Shown here: positions 9,836 through 20,175 of the stretch, one piece after another
How the letters are laid out: every line of letters begins with the position of its first letter
Position numbering within the stretch: the first letter of the stretch is position 1
Assembly: GCA_019058445.1 (NCBI GenBank)
Contig: JAHPZA010000006.1
Location: 224,001 to 288,000 of the forward strand
Direction: 5' to 3'
Source: Promethearchaeota archaeon
GTDB taxonomy: Archaea > Asgardarchaeota > Lokiarchaeia > Sigyniarchaeales > SOKP01
DNA length: 64,000 nt
The notes under the pieces: generated by a model
Database searches by the model: none
The model's input: only the letters and a program-made list of their open reading frames with translations
Told to the model about the DNA's origin: nothing
Translations under genes and position numbers: made by a program

Positions 9836-11269
9836 ATGAGTTTTTCTGACATCCCTGTGGACGTAGGTCCAGTATACGAGGGTGAAAGGATTCGTGCAAA
9901 GCAGATGTATGTCGAGCTTGGGGGACCTAAAATTGAAACTGGACATTTCGAATTAGTAAGGGTAAGACCAGCAAAAGAGATCAAAGATGGACAGATTAAG
10001 GTCATTGGACCAGATCTTAAGGATATGGAAGAGGGTTCAACCCATCCAATTGGAATTTTAGTGGAGGTTTCAGGCCCTGAGTTGGAAGAGGATTTAGAAG
10101 CAGTTTTTGAAAGGCGAGTGCATGAATTTTGCAATTTTGTTAATGGAATCATGCATTTAAACCAGAGATATACAAATTGGATGCGAATTTCTAAAGCCGC
10201 ATTTGAAAAGGGTTTTAATTCATTCGAGTTATTGGGTACTGTGTTAATTAGACTCTACAAAGCTGAGTTGCCAATCATTAAACAAGCCCAGGTTACAATA
10301 TATACAGATCCTAAGGAAATTGAAAAGCCTTATGAAATGGCAATGAAAGTTTATAACGCAAGAGACGAAAGAGCTCGAAGTATTAACGATGAAGATGTAG
10401 ATATGTATTATGGATGTGTTTTGTGCCAGTCATTTGCACCAACCCATTGTTGTATCATTACTCCAAATCGTATGAGTTTGTGCGGTTCAATATCCTGGTT
10501 TGATGCGAGAGCTGCATCACGAGTGGATCCTAAAGGACCACTCTTTGAAGTAGAGCCAAAGAAATGCTTAAATGATGTCGCTGGCGAATTTGAAGGAGTA
10601 AATGAAACATTAAAGAAACGATCCCTTGGAGAAATAGATAGAATTTATCTTTACTCAGGAATGGAGTACCCACATACTTCCTGTGGCTGTTTTGAAGCCA
10701 TTGATTTTTATATCCCGGAAATAAACGGTCACGGTATCATTGATAGGAGTTATGATGGCGTAGCGATTAATGGCTTACCATTTTCTGCAATGGCGAATCA
10801 AACCGGTGGTGGAAAACAAATGCCTGGTTTCAATGGAATTAGCATACAATACATTATCTCACCAAAATACCAATTATACGATGGACTTCAAGATGGATTA
10901 AAGAGCGGTATTGAAACTGTTGTTTGGATGGGTAAAACAGTTAAGGATCGAATAGCAGAATTTCTTCCAGCCGATTTAGTAGATAAAATAGCAACTGAAG
11001 AAGATGTCCAAGACATCAATCAATTAAGAGATTGGATTGAAAAAGTAAAACATCCGATTATGGAAACTGAGGGCTATAAAGCTGCAATTGGAGGGGAAGA
11101 AGAAGAGGAAGAATGGGAAGAAGAAGGTGCTATGGTTCCAATGGGAACTGTAGGAATGACCATTCCCGGTGCTGGCGGTGTTGGCGGATTTAAAGTAATC
11201 CTTAAAAACTGCAAGATTCACGCAGAATCAATTATCATTAAGAGAATTGAACCTAAGCGAAAGAAATAA
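9836..11269 (+). CDS. cdhC: Acetyl-CoA synthase (ACDS) beta subunit
   Basis: PVDVGPVYEGERIR, YGCVLCQSFAPTH, CGSISW, PHTSCGCFE (A-cluster ligands), acidic linker and C-terminal KVILKNCKIHAE domain. Confidence 0.97.
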   Translation: MSFSDIPVDVGPVYEGERIRAKQMYVELGGPKIETGHFELVRVRPAKEIKDGQIKVIGPDLKDMEEGSTHPIGILVEVSGPELEEDLEAVFERRVHEFCNFVNGIMHLNQRYTNWMRISKAAFEKGFNSFELLGTVLIRLYKAELPIIKQAQVTIYTDPKEIEKPYEMAMKVYNARDERARSINDEDVDMYYGCVLCQSFAPTHCCIITPNRMSLCGSISWFDARAASRVDPKGPLFEVEPKKCLNDVAGEFEGVNETLKKRSLGEIDRIYLYSGMEYPHTSCGCFEAIDFYIPEINGHGIIDRSYDGVAINGLPFSAMANQTGGGKQMPGFNGISIQYIISPKYQLYDGLQDGLKSGIETVVWMGKTVKDRIAEFLPADLVDKIATEEDVQDINQLRDWIEKVKHPIMETEGYKAAIGGEEEEEEWEEEGAMVPMGTVGMTIPGAGGVGGFKVILKNCKIHAESIIIKRIEPKRKK

Positions 11270-11454
11270 TAATTTATTACTTTTTTTACTTTTTTTTGTA
11301 TATTGCTCATAGTGATTCATTGTTCTAAACAATAGTATTACAATCTATCTCGTTCTTATATATTTCATTATTTTTTGAGACTTTTATCATTTATAAGCAC
11401 CTTTAAAATAATGATCATAATACGTCTTGTTAAACAACATTATATAAACTTAAA

Positions 11455-12579
11455 ATGTCGAGTAAGAGCAACTTTAGTTTTATTCATGCAAGTGATATCC
11501 ATCTTGGCAGCAATCAATTTTGGAATATATATCGGTCCTATGATTTTATTAGGGTATTTCATGAAATACTAGACCTGGGAATTTTTCACCAAGTTGATTT
11601 TATTTTATTAGGAGGTGATGTTTTCACCTCACTTGAAGTACTTCCAGAAAATTTAACTAAAATTGTTGAAATATTAAATAATTTTAAAAGTGCTTCCAAT
11701 GAATCAATTCCTTTGATTGCAATCGAGGGAAACCATGATATTCGAAAATATTCAAGAGGGACAAGGATTAATCACGGACAGTCATGGTTAAAATTCCTTG
11801 CGAGCTTAGGATTAATTATTCTTCTTGACGCAAATATTGAGGGTTCACCAGAGCAAATGTTTCCAAATTATGATTTTACTAAAAAAAAGGGAGGGAAAAT
11901 ACAAGTAAAATCCGCTATAATTTATGGGACTCGATATCTTGGTCAAAAACCAGAAGTTTATCTCCCCAAAATTAAAGATGCTATTAAGGTTGATGATGGC
12001 CTGTTTCATATTCTAATCCAACATTTTGGTATTCAAGGTCAGATGGAAAATGTACCCGGAATTGATTTTCAGAAGGTACAAATTTTAAAGGATCGCGTAG
12101 ATTACTTAGCTTTGGGTCATTTTCATCTTCAATTTACTATAGATAATTGGATATTTAATCCGGGTTCTTCTGAAGCTGCTTGTTCAATCGATTTTTCATA
12201 TAAACGAGGTATTTTTTTGGTAAACGTTCTAAAAAGGAATAAATACATTAAACATGTCAATCCGATTAGGCTAAGAAACCGAAAATCTATGTGGAGAACG
12301 ATATATTTCAACACCCAATTCAACGACAAGGAAAAGATGAATAATTTTATTATTCAGAAATTGAAAAATTTACTAAAAAATCTCCGAGATGATTTGGAAC
12401 CTTCTGATCCAAAAGTACCACTCCTATTCTTGTTACTAAAAGGAATAGAACCAGCAAAATCGTGCAAAATTGATGAAAAGTATTTAAGTAAAATCCTTAC
12501 GGAAACATTACCTTTAATCGGAGTAAGAATTTATCAAAAATTTAAGAATCCATTAAAAACAATAGACAAATTCTTTTAA
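11455..12579 (+). CDS. Mre11/SbcD-like metallophosphoesterase DNA repair nuclease
   Basis: ASDIHLG, GGDVF, EGNHD, QHFG, ALGHFH, NPGSSE motifs. Confidence 0.88.
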   Translation: MSSKSNFSFIHASDIHLGSNQFWNIYRSYDFIRVFHEILDLGIFHQVDFILLGGDVFTSLEVLPENLTKIVEILNNFKSASNESIPLIAIEGNHDIRKYSRGTRINHGQSWLKFLASLGLIILLDANIEGSPEQMFPNYDFTKKKGGKIQVKSAIIYGTRYLGQKPEVYLPKIKDAIKVDDGLFHILIQHFGIQGQMENVPGIDFQKVQILKDRVDYLALGHFHLQFTIDNWIFNPGSSEAACSIDFSYKRGIFLVNVLKRNKYIKHVNPIRLRNRKSMWRTIYFNTQFNDKEKMNNFIIQKLKNLLKNLRDDLEPSDPKVPLLFLLLKGIEPAKSCKIDEKYLSKILTETLPLIGVRIYQKFKNPLKTIDKFF

Positions 12580-12610
12580 AAATAATGAAGATTGTAAAAA
12601 TAGTTAGAAT

Positions 12611-13075
12611 TTAGATATAATATCCCGTGCTATCTTCATGATAAGAATCATTCTCATCATCTTCCTCATCGCCGTCATTTTCACCCATGAGTTTTTTATA
12701 GAGAGCTTTTAGAAAATCCTCGGGATTATCAGAATCGACATCTAAATCTTTAAAATCTCTGGGATCGATTTTTATTATACCCCCTTGTTTAAATGGCATA
12801 AATTTGCTTCGCATTTCTTGTTGCATCTTTTCTTGTTTTTTCTGCCGTATGACTAATTCTTTTTTCATCAATTCTTTTAATTCATCAACAACAAGGGTAT
12901 CCAATTCCGAGGGTTCTAAATCCAATAATGTTTGAACTCCAAAAGTTTTCGTAATCTTCTTAATCGCTTTGTCTTTTTTTTCTTCCGGAATCTGATGTAT
13001 TGATTCTAAATTTAATTTATTTAGAATATTTAGCCAATCAAGTTTTATGGTCCAACTATACTCTTTTTCAGACAT
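12611..13075 (-). CDS. Hypothetical protein with coiled coil and acidic C-terminus
   Basis: 154-aa ORF with protein-like composition filling the gap. Confidence 0.7.
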   Translation of the reverse strand: MSEKEYSWTIKLDWLNILNKLNLESIHQIPEEKKDKAIKKITKTFGVQTLLDLEPSELDTLVVDELKELMKKELVIRQKKQEKMQQEMRSKFMPFKQGGIIKIDPRDFKDLDVDSDNPEDFLKALYKKLMGENDGDEEDDENDSYHEDSTGYYI

Positions 13076-13183
13076 AGGGTTATTTTTTATTTTTTCAAGT
13101 AATATAGTTTTTTATACTAGTTAAAATTTTCTTTTCTGTTCTTGGTAAGATTATGAATTATCATAGATATAAATGTAATCTTT

Positions 13184-14050
13184 TTAACTTATAAATTCTA
13201 AAATATTCGAAATAACCTTTTCAGGAGCATCTACCAATACCCAGTGAGAGGCATTCTCGATTCGAACAATTTTTAAATCGCTTACATAATCTTCTAATCC
13301 TTCTAAAATTTTTGGCGTGAGTGCCATGTCTTTCATGCCATGAATAACCAGTGTAGGGACATTTATCATTCCATTCCAATCGTCAGCAACAGATGGATTT
13401 GCCGCACTTGCTCGATAATAATTAACACCAGCGGTTATCGCCCCGGGTTGAGACCATGCTTCTACATATTTTTCTTTATCAAAATCACTAAAGGCTTTTT
13501 TATTGACAGCCATTCCGAAGACAGCAAATTTTAGAGCTTGAAAATTTTTTTCGAAAAGGATTTTCTCCCCATCAGGCTGTAAAAATCTGAAAATATACCC
13601 ACTGGCTTTGACTTGATTTTTATCTTTTTGTTTCATGAGGAGATTATTAAAGATAAGCAGATGTGGCGCGTTGAGTATTATTAACTTTTTTAATAAATCG
13701 GGATATTTTTCAGCAAAGCCCCATGCCACTACTCCACCCCAATCATGTCCCGCTAGATAAAATTTACCTAAATTTAATTTTTCACTTAGGCCTTTTATGT
13801 CATCCACGAGAATCTGCAGGGAATAATTTTCAACACCATCTGGCTTATCTGAGAGGTTGTACCCTCGCATATCGGGAATAATTAATTGATATTTATCTTT
13901 TAATCCCGGAATCACATCTTTCCAACAATACCAAAATTCCGGAAATCCATGAAGCAGAACTATGGGCTCTCCAGCACCGATTATAACGATATGAAGTTTT
14001 ACTCCATTAATTTCAATATATTTTTCTTCAATTTCGTCTAATATTGTCAT
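13184..14050 (-). CDS. Alpha/beta hydrolase, epoxide hydrolase-like
   Basis: LLHGFPEFWY, PDMRGYNLS, GHDWGG nucleophile elbow, NYYRA, SHWV. Confidence 0.92.
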   Translation of the reverse strand: MTILDEIEEKYIEINGVKLHIVIIGAGEPIVLLHGFPEFWYCWKDVIPGLKDKYQLIIPDMRGYNLSDKPDGVENYSLQILVDDIKGLSEKLNLGKFYLAGHDWGGVVAWGFAEKYPDLLKKLIILNAPHLLIFNNLLMKQKDKNQVKASGYIFRFLQPDGEKILFEKNFQALKFAVFGMAVNKKAFSDFDKEKYVEAWSQPGAITAGVNYYRASAANPSVADDWNGMINVPTLVIHGMKDMALTPKILEGLEDYVSDLKIVRIENASHWVLVDAPEKVISNILEFIS

Positions 14051-14306
14051 TCAAAGATCAACTTTAGTAATTATTAACTACCCAAATTATACTATTTATA
14101 TTAATATTGACCTTTTTTTATATAGAGAAATGAAAAATAACAATATCATTTTGATCTTAAATAATAAAATAGGTTAAAATTTGATTGTTCTATCTGTCAC
14201 AACAAATTTCTGATTAAAACGATTTTTAAGGGAATAAACTATTAGAAATTCACTAAAAAATAAATGATTATTTAGGCCGGAATATAACTTACTCTAAGGG
14301 GATATT

Positions 14307-15428
14307 ATGGTAAGTATTATAGATGCGATATTTACAATTTTAGTAATTAATGCGATACTTTTAGCACTTGGAAGTATAATATTTGGAGTTGCATGTTGGC
14401 GTAAACGAGATTTAATCTCATATCTTCCAATCTATATTACCTTTTCCATTGGAAATGCTTTTTATTTAAACCAGTTTGTTGATGTTACTTATCAAATCAT
14501 TGGCGCGATGTTTTTTGTTGGTGCGGCTTTGTGTATATTTACTGCATCATTTCAAGATTATTATAAGAATTTTATCAAACCAAATCATAGAGCATCTCAA
14601 ATCTCTAATATCACTCTTGCTACTGTAGTTGTAAGTCCATTGGTTATAGCTATGCAAATTATCTTGGTAATTTTATTAATATGTGCCTCGATAATGCTCT
14701 TGCGTGTATATTTAAAAACAAGATCAACCATAAAATTACTATTTATGACATGTGCTATGGCTGCTGTGTTGGGACTTATATTACAATTAAATCCATTTTT
14801 TGAATTAGAATTTGCTTTATTTTTAGGGAATGCAGTTGCAACAGTTTATATCTCGATACTTCTTGTTATAGGAATTGTTGCTAATATAGAATTACAGCTA
14901 GATAAATCTATGGATACTCTGAAGAGGGTAATAAATTCAGCACAAAATGTAAGTGTTGATACTTCCAATATGGCAACTGAATTAGCTGCAAGTGCTAGCG
15001 AGGTAAATGCATCATCTGAGGAAATTGCTTCCACTGTACAAGTAATGAATAATGAAACACAAATTATAATGGATTCTACAGATGATTTATATAATGTAAT
15101 GGAATTAATAAAAAGTATAGCTGATCAAACAAATCTATTAGCTTTAAATGCTGCTATAGAAGCAGGGAGAGCAGGTGAATATGGAAGAGGTTTTGCGGTG
15201 GTTGCTGATGAAGTACGAAAATTAGCAGAGGAATCGAAAAGCGCCGTTGAAAATACGTCATATAAGATTGATGGAATCATTAAGAATATTCAAAAATCTA
15301 CTAATTCAATGGAAGGAATTAGTGCTTCAACGGAAGAACAAACCGCATCAATGGAAGAAATAACAGCTATGGCTAATAAACTAGGTTCAATGGCCGAAGA
15401 ATTAAGAAAAAATCTAACAATGGAGTAA
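14307..15428 (+). CDS. Methyl-accepting chemotaxis-like protein with multi-TM N-terminus
   Basis: [40 protein letters not shown] signalling hairpin; ~6 TM upstream. Confidence 0.92.
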   Translation: MVSIIDAIFTILVINAILLALGSIIFGVACWRKRDLISYLPIYITFSIGNAFYLNQFVDVTYQIIGAMFFVGAALCIFTASFQDYYKNFIKPNHRASQISNITLATVVVSPLVIAMQIILVILLICASIMLLRVYLKTRSTIKLLFMTCAMAAVLGLILQLNPFFELEFALFLGNAVATVYISILLVIGIVANIELQLDKSMDTLKRVINSAQNVSVDTSNMATELAASASEVNASSEEIASTVQVMNNETQIIMDSTDDLYNVMELIKSIADQTNLLALNAAIEAGRAGEYGRGFAVVADEVRKLAEESKSAVENTSYKIDGIIKNIQKSTNSMEGISASTEEQTASMEEITAMANKLGSMAEELRKNLTME

Positions 15429-15446
15429 TTTTCAATAGAAATATCA

Positions 15447-16403
15447 TTATTTTACTCTTTTTTTTTTAAGTTGTGCTCTATATTTAGTTCTCCATTTCGG
15501 TTCTATTATATTTAAAGCATTCACAGCTTCCTCTCTCACCCAATAATACCAATCTTTTAGTGCATTTAATAATAAGTTAGTAGCTTTTTTATCGCCGAGT
15601 TCTCCTAAGGCTTTAATGACACCTCGTCGCAAATATCCCACTTTAATATTGTCATTATTAATTTCGGTGTCTTCTAAGATGCTCAATAATCTATTAATCA
15701 AAATATTTTCATCTAATTTCTTTTTAAGAGCATCAAGGGCAAATCTCCATACATCAAAACTGTCTAATCCAAGGCAATCTAATAAATTGGGAATTGCAGC
15801 ATCGGGAAAATGAGTTAAATTACTTAATGCTTCAATTGCACATATGCGAATCTGTTTATTAGATGATTTTAGCATTTCTACTAAATCATTCGTTGCAGAA
15901 TTCTCTTTTAGGAACCCTAAAGATTCAGCAGCTTCTATTTTAAGATTATCATCATTACTTCTTAACAATTTTTTTAAACTTTCAATAATTAGGGCTCTAT
16001 ATTCACTTCGATACGCCAAAGGCACTAATAATCTAATAGCAGTTAATTTAATCTCATTCTTTTGTTCATTTTCTAAGACCCAAATTAGCGGTTGTATAGC
16101 TTTCGCTTTTCTTTCATTATAATGAAACGCTAATAATTTAGCTGCCTCAATTCGGACGTCTGGATCTTCATCTGATATAAAATAATTTTCAATTTCTTCA
16201 AAATGAGTCTTATCATGTAATTCGTTTAAAGTTTCTAAAATTTTGACTCTTGTGGTTTTCAAATCTGTTATTGAATATAGACCATGAAGCCGCTCAATCG
16301 CTTCGCTTCTACTTATTTTATTGAGATCTTTCAATATCTTATCAAGTGACGTCAAATTATAGTATAGAAGTTTTTTTTCATATAATTTCGTGATAATGAA
16401 CAT
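15447..16403 (-). CDS. HEAT-repeat (PBS-lyase-like) protein
   Basis: Repeated L.D....VR..A..AL units (DEDPDVRIEAAKLL, DWYYWVREEAVNAL). Confidence 0.85.
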   Translation of the reverse strand: MFIITKLYEKKLLYYNLTSLDKILKDLNKISRSEAIERLHGLYSITDLKTTRVKILETLNELHDKTHFEEIENYFISDEDPDVRIEAAKLLAFHYNERKAKAIQPLIWVLENEQKNEIKLTAIRLLVPLAYRSEYRALIIESLKKLLRSNDDNLKIEAAESLGFLKENSATNDLVEMLKSSNKQIRICAIEALSNLTHFPDAAIPNLLDCLGLDSFDVWRFALDALKKKLDENILINRLLSILEDTEINNDNIKVGYLRRGVIKALGELGDKKATNLLLNALKDWYYWVREEAVNALNIIEPKWRTKYRAQLKKKRVK

Positions 16404-16532
16404 TTAAAATTTATACTTAAAATTTATATTGACAGATCTTAATTTTGCTATAATCTTTTTTTAAATAAGAAGAGATACTTAAAACGATAACAAAATAAAA
16501 TAAATAAAATATTAGAAATCCGTTTTCCTCAT

Positions 16533-16781
16533 TTATCCGAAGAATTTTTTAAGAGATTTTTTGAAATCTTTGCTTGAAGTACTGCTTATTTCACCCCATT
16601 CATACTTCCCATGTTTTGTTTTCCTATGGTTGAAATAATTATTAAATGATCTCTCGAAATCGAATGCACTCATACTAGTTTCTTCTCCGAACTTAATTTG
16701 GAATAAATGACGAAATAAATCATAGAATAAAGCGGGCATTTCTTTATGTTCACCTTTTATAGCTATTAAATTTTTATTCAA
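16533..16781 (-). CDS. Small hypothetical protein
   Basis: 82-aa TTG-start ORF in an otherwise empty gap. Confidence 0.5.
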   Translation of the reverse strand: MNKNLIAIKGEHKEMPALFYDLFRHLFQIKFGEETSMSAFDFERSFNNYFNHRKTKHGKYEWGEISSTSSKDFKKSLKKFFG

Positions 16782-16969
16782 ATACTTATTTAATTAATCA
16801 AATATTGTTCTTAGATAAACAACCAATTTCATATTTAAATATTATCACACGAATAATATTTTCATATTTAGTTACGATTCATAAAAAAATTAATAAAAAC
16901 CAAAATAAAATTGAATTTCTTTTTCGAGATTGATCATACAAATAAAATCAATCAATCTACAATTAAAAA

Positions 16970-17527
16970 TTACTCGAACAATTCAATTATTGCATATCCC
17001 GGACTGTTAATTCTTTTTCGAAAGTAGAGCGTCCCTTCGTCAATTTCTTTTGTTTTGATGTATCCCCTAGCATAGTCCTTTTCTGAGATGTAGTCTCTTT
17101 GTCCAGCTTCAAATCGTTTGATTATTTTTCCTTCTTTCTCAATATGAATTTTAGTTTCTGTTTTTTGTTTTATCTCAAAGTAAAGCCTCTTGCCGTTAAT
17201 TTCTTTCAAGATTGCTTCAGTAATTAGAGTATCACCGGCTCTTACGGGATGTCTCATTTCAACACCGATTTTGATAATTTTCCCGTATTTTTCCTGTTCA
17301 ATAAAATCATCAAATATTTTGGTTATAAAACCGTAACTAAACAAGCCATGAGCAATTACGCCCTTATAACCCGCCTTTTGAGCACGATCGTCGTCATCGT
17401 GAATAAAATTAGACGCTAATTTGGCAAATCCTCCTAATTTGGAATAATTCCTTATTAAATCTCGCGTTATTTGATCGAACTCGTCCCTAATTACCTTCCC
17501 TATTTTGAGATCCTTTATTTTTACCAT
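16970..17527 (-). CDS. MaoC-family (R)-specific enoyl-CoA hydratase
   Basis: NFIHDDDDRAQKAGYKGVIAHGL hydratase motif; PVRAGDTL. Confidence 0.85.
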   Translation of the reverse strand: MVKIKDLKIGKVIRDEFDQITRDLIRNYSKLGGFAKLASNFIHDDDDRAQKAGYKGVIAHGLFSYGFITKIFDDFIEQEKYGKIIKIGVEMRHPVRAGDTLITEAILKEINGKRLYFEIKQKTETKIHIEKEGKIIKRFEAGQRDYISEKDYARGYIKTKEIDEGTLYFRKRINSPGYAIIELFE

Positions 17528-17528
17528 T

Positions 17529-18038
17529 TTAGTATCCTCCTGGAGCTATGGTTGCGACACTTTTCACTTTACATACCAGTTCACCGCGTTGGTTTCTTGC
17601 TGTTTGAAAAATTTCGCCGAACAATCTCATCTTTTCGTTTACCCAGATTTTACCAATTTTCCCTCGAATTGTGAGAAAATCCCCCGGTCTAATCTTAACG
17701 CATCCGTCCCAATCATATTCGTTTGCTGCATGAAGTAATTTCGAAAAATCTAAAAGAAACCCCCTCTTTTTGCCATTTTGTTCAAACGATATGGTTGCCA
17801 TATTTATATACAGTTTGGCAGAAAACACGTTTGCAAATGCGGGACATGCTATGATTCCACTTTCTTCCGGACCTATATATTTAGGGTCCGAAATTCCAAA
17901 ACATTTTGCAAATGCTACCATATGTTTATATCTACAGCGGAATTTAACTATACCTGGAATTTCCATCCCTGGAAGATAGTTTATTAAAAATTTCGCATTC
18001 TTTTTGATTTCCTCTAGTTCCATAATATCATATAACAT
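17529..18038 (-). CDS. MaoC/FAS1-like dehydratase N-terminal domain protein (partner of downstream gene)
   Basis: AFAKCFG..DP.Y, IACPAF, LLHAANEY, IRPGD, NQRGELVC; 1-bp gap to partner. Confidence 0.8.
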   Translation of the reverse strand: MLYDIMELEEIKKNAKFLINYLPGMEIPGIVKFRCRYKHMVAFAKCFGISDPKYIGPEESGIIACPAFANVFSAKLYINMATISFEQNGKKRGFLLDFSKLLHAANEYDWDGCVKIRPGDFLTIRGKIGKIWVNEKMRLFGEIFQTARNQRGELVCKVKSVATIAPGGY

Positions 18039-18155
18039 TGTTTTTATAGTAAATTATCAAAGAGTTATAAATATAAATTTGATTTCCAAATTATTAATTG
18101 AACGACTCATTCGTATTTAATATTATTTTCTTTTTTAATTTGGAGTTTAAATAAA

Positions 18156-19094
18156 ATGAAGCGAAAAATTGCAGATAAGACGTATTTGAACTATTTATTA
18201 CAATCATTAAATGTAAATGAATTAAAACAGATTTGTAGAGACTTTGAGATAAAAGGCTTTTCGAAATTTACAAAAGCAAAGCTCATAGAATTTATTTTAG
18301 ATTCTTTAGCCGAAGAAGAAATCAAGGATTTACTAAAAGAAAAGGAATTAGAAATTATTTCAAAAGAGATAGATTTAGCACTTAGCAAAATAAACGGTGA
18401 GGATAGAGAATCAATAGCTGCTATCAACATAGTAAATCCAGATTTACATGAAATAGAAATAACTTTTAAAGGTTGGAATTGGGAATCAAAGTCATTTTTA
18501 TCAATTACAGAAGAGAACATTAATAATCCAGAGCGAGACTGTGATTGCAGAATCGGTTCAAATATGGGATTATGCAATCATTTTTGGGTTGGTTTCATTT
18601 ATTCGCTGAAAGAAGGGTATTTTAAACTTTCCGATTGGACTTTAACTTTATTACCTGAAAAGTTTGAAGAAAAAATAAAATCAATTAAATTATCTAAAGG
18701 GAAGGATGAAGAGGGAGAAGAAAAAGTTGTAAGTTTAGTGGATGAGAGTTCAGATTCTTTCCTACTATTAAGTCATATTGATAATAGTATTACGATCTAT
18801 GAGGGCGAAATTGAAGATATCGTTGAAAAACAGCAAGATTTTCAAGGTAATATAACTGTATATTATGTAGTTATGTTAAACAATGTTAGATTTGGTCCAA
18901 GAGTGCAAAGAAAAAGCGACTTTCATGAAGAAGATATTTTAGATGTTGAAAAACTAAAGTTAAGAATAAGCGAAAACCTGAATAATGAGCATAACTTAAA
19001 AATCGGAGATAAGATCGGGGGTAATGGTAAACTCACAAAAGACAATATTTTAGGCTTTATCGTAAAAAATATAAGAAAGATTGAAAAAAAGTGA
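18156..19094 (+). CDS. Protein with N-terminal Rho-N/SAP-like helix-extension-helix and SWIM-type zinc finger
   Basis: LNVNELKQICRDFEIKGFSKFTKAKLIEFIL; CDC-x8-CNH. Confidence 0.7.
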   Translation: MKRKIADKTYLNYLLQSLNVNELKQICRDFEIKGFSKFTKAKLIEFILDSLAEEEIKDLLKEKELEIISKEIDLALSKINGEDRESIAAINIVNPDLHEIEITFKGWNWESKSFLSITEENINNPERDCDCRIGSNMGLCNHFWVGFIYSLKEGYFKLSDWTLTLLPEKFEEKIKSIKLSKGKDEEGEEKVVSLVDESSDSFLLLSHIDNSITIYEGEIEDIVEKQQDFQGNITVYYVVMLNNVRFGPRVQRKSDFHEEDILDVEKLKLRISENLNNEHNLKIGDKIGGNGKLTKDNILGFIVKNIRKIEKK

Positions 19095-19165
19095 TTAAGT
19101 TTTTATAATTCAAAATTGATAATTTTTATAATAAAACATTATCATCATTAAAGAAGTGTATTTAA

Positions 19166-19996
19166 ATGGAAAAAAGATTTAAAGCTCCACTTATTCTTTC
19201 TCTGCTACTAATTGTATATGCTTTTGCCTTTTTATTCATTATTGGTGAAGAAGGTGACTTAATACCATTATATCCCGGAGGGGTAACATCAGATTATATA
19301 CTAGTAATCGTAATTCCAATAATAATAATGATATTAATGTATTTTGTTGGGCATTTAATCGCAAAAATTTTTATTCCCATTCATAAACTGATGAAATTAA
19401 ACAGATATGACTATTTTCTTATTCAGCCAGAGAAAAAGTTATCAGGTTTAAAAATCATAATTCGCAGTTTTTATCCAGGATTACTTGCAATCAATATTGC
19501 GATCTATATAGCCCTCTTAGGAGAATATAATCATTTATTTTATGCAGGATCAGGTGAGCCCAATCTTCCCGCAATGATAGAATGGATAGCAATAATAATT
19601 GGAGTACCTATTGCTACCTTTATTATTACCCCTATTTGGATTTTAGATTCTGCGGGATTGATGTGTTCATTAGATCAAGATAAGTATAAGAACCGGGTAA
19701 CACCGGATATTGAGAGTGTTGGTCGATTTTATTCTACTGTCTTTAAGGGATACGTCGGTATTTCAACTGTTGTTACATATATTCTTATAATATACACTTT
19801 CGCTCAGCAAGGAGTGACATTTGGCAATTATTTCATAATTTTCATCGATCCATTCGCATTAATTCTATATTTTGTTTTCTTATCACTAACATTAGAAGCA
19901 GGAATGAATAATATTAATAAGCGATTAATGAAAGGAATTGAAAAAATGGGAATTGATACTACTCCTCAAGAGATTAAAATAGTACCTAAAGAATAA
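19166..19996 (+). CDS. Uncharacterised multi-pass membrane protein
   Basis: ~6 TM segments; WILDSAG and ESVGRFY..FKGYVGIS motifs. Confidence 0.75.
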   Translation: MEKRFKAPLILSLLLIVYAFAFLFIIGEEGDLIPLYPGGVTSDYILVIVIPIIIMILMYFVGHLIAKIFIPIHKLMKLNRYDYFLIQPEKKLSGLKIIIRSFYPGLLAINIAIYIALLGEYNHLFYAGSGEPNLPAMIEWIAIIIGVPIATFIITPIWILDSAGLMCSLDQDKYKNRVTPDIESVGRFYSTVFKGYVGISTVVTYILIIYTFAQQGVTFGNYFIIFIDPFALILYFVFLSLTLEAGMNNINKRLMKGIEKMGIDTTPQEIKIVPKE

Positions 19997-20175
19997 GAAA
20001 ATAGAAGTAATAAATAAAAATGTCTTATTTTTTTTTTTTCTTAATTTTTTACTAAATACTTTATTTCACAATTTTTAAATTAGCTATGAAATAATAAGGG
20101 GATATATTAAATAACCAATTATTCATTTTATAATTTAAAATAATAGATTTTTTGCTTAAAAAGAAGGTGTAAGAC

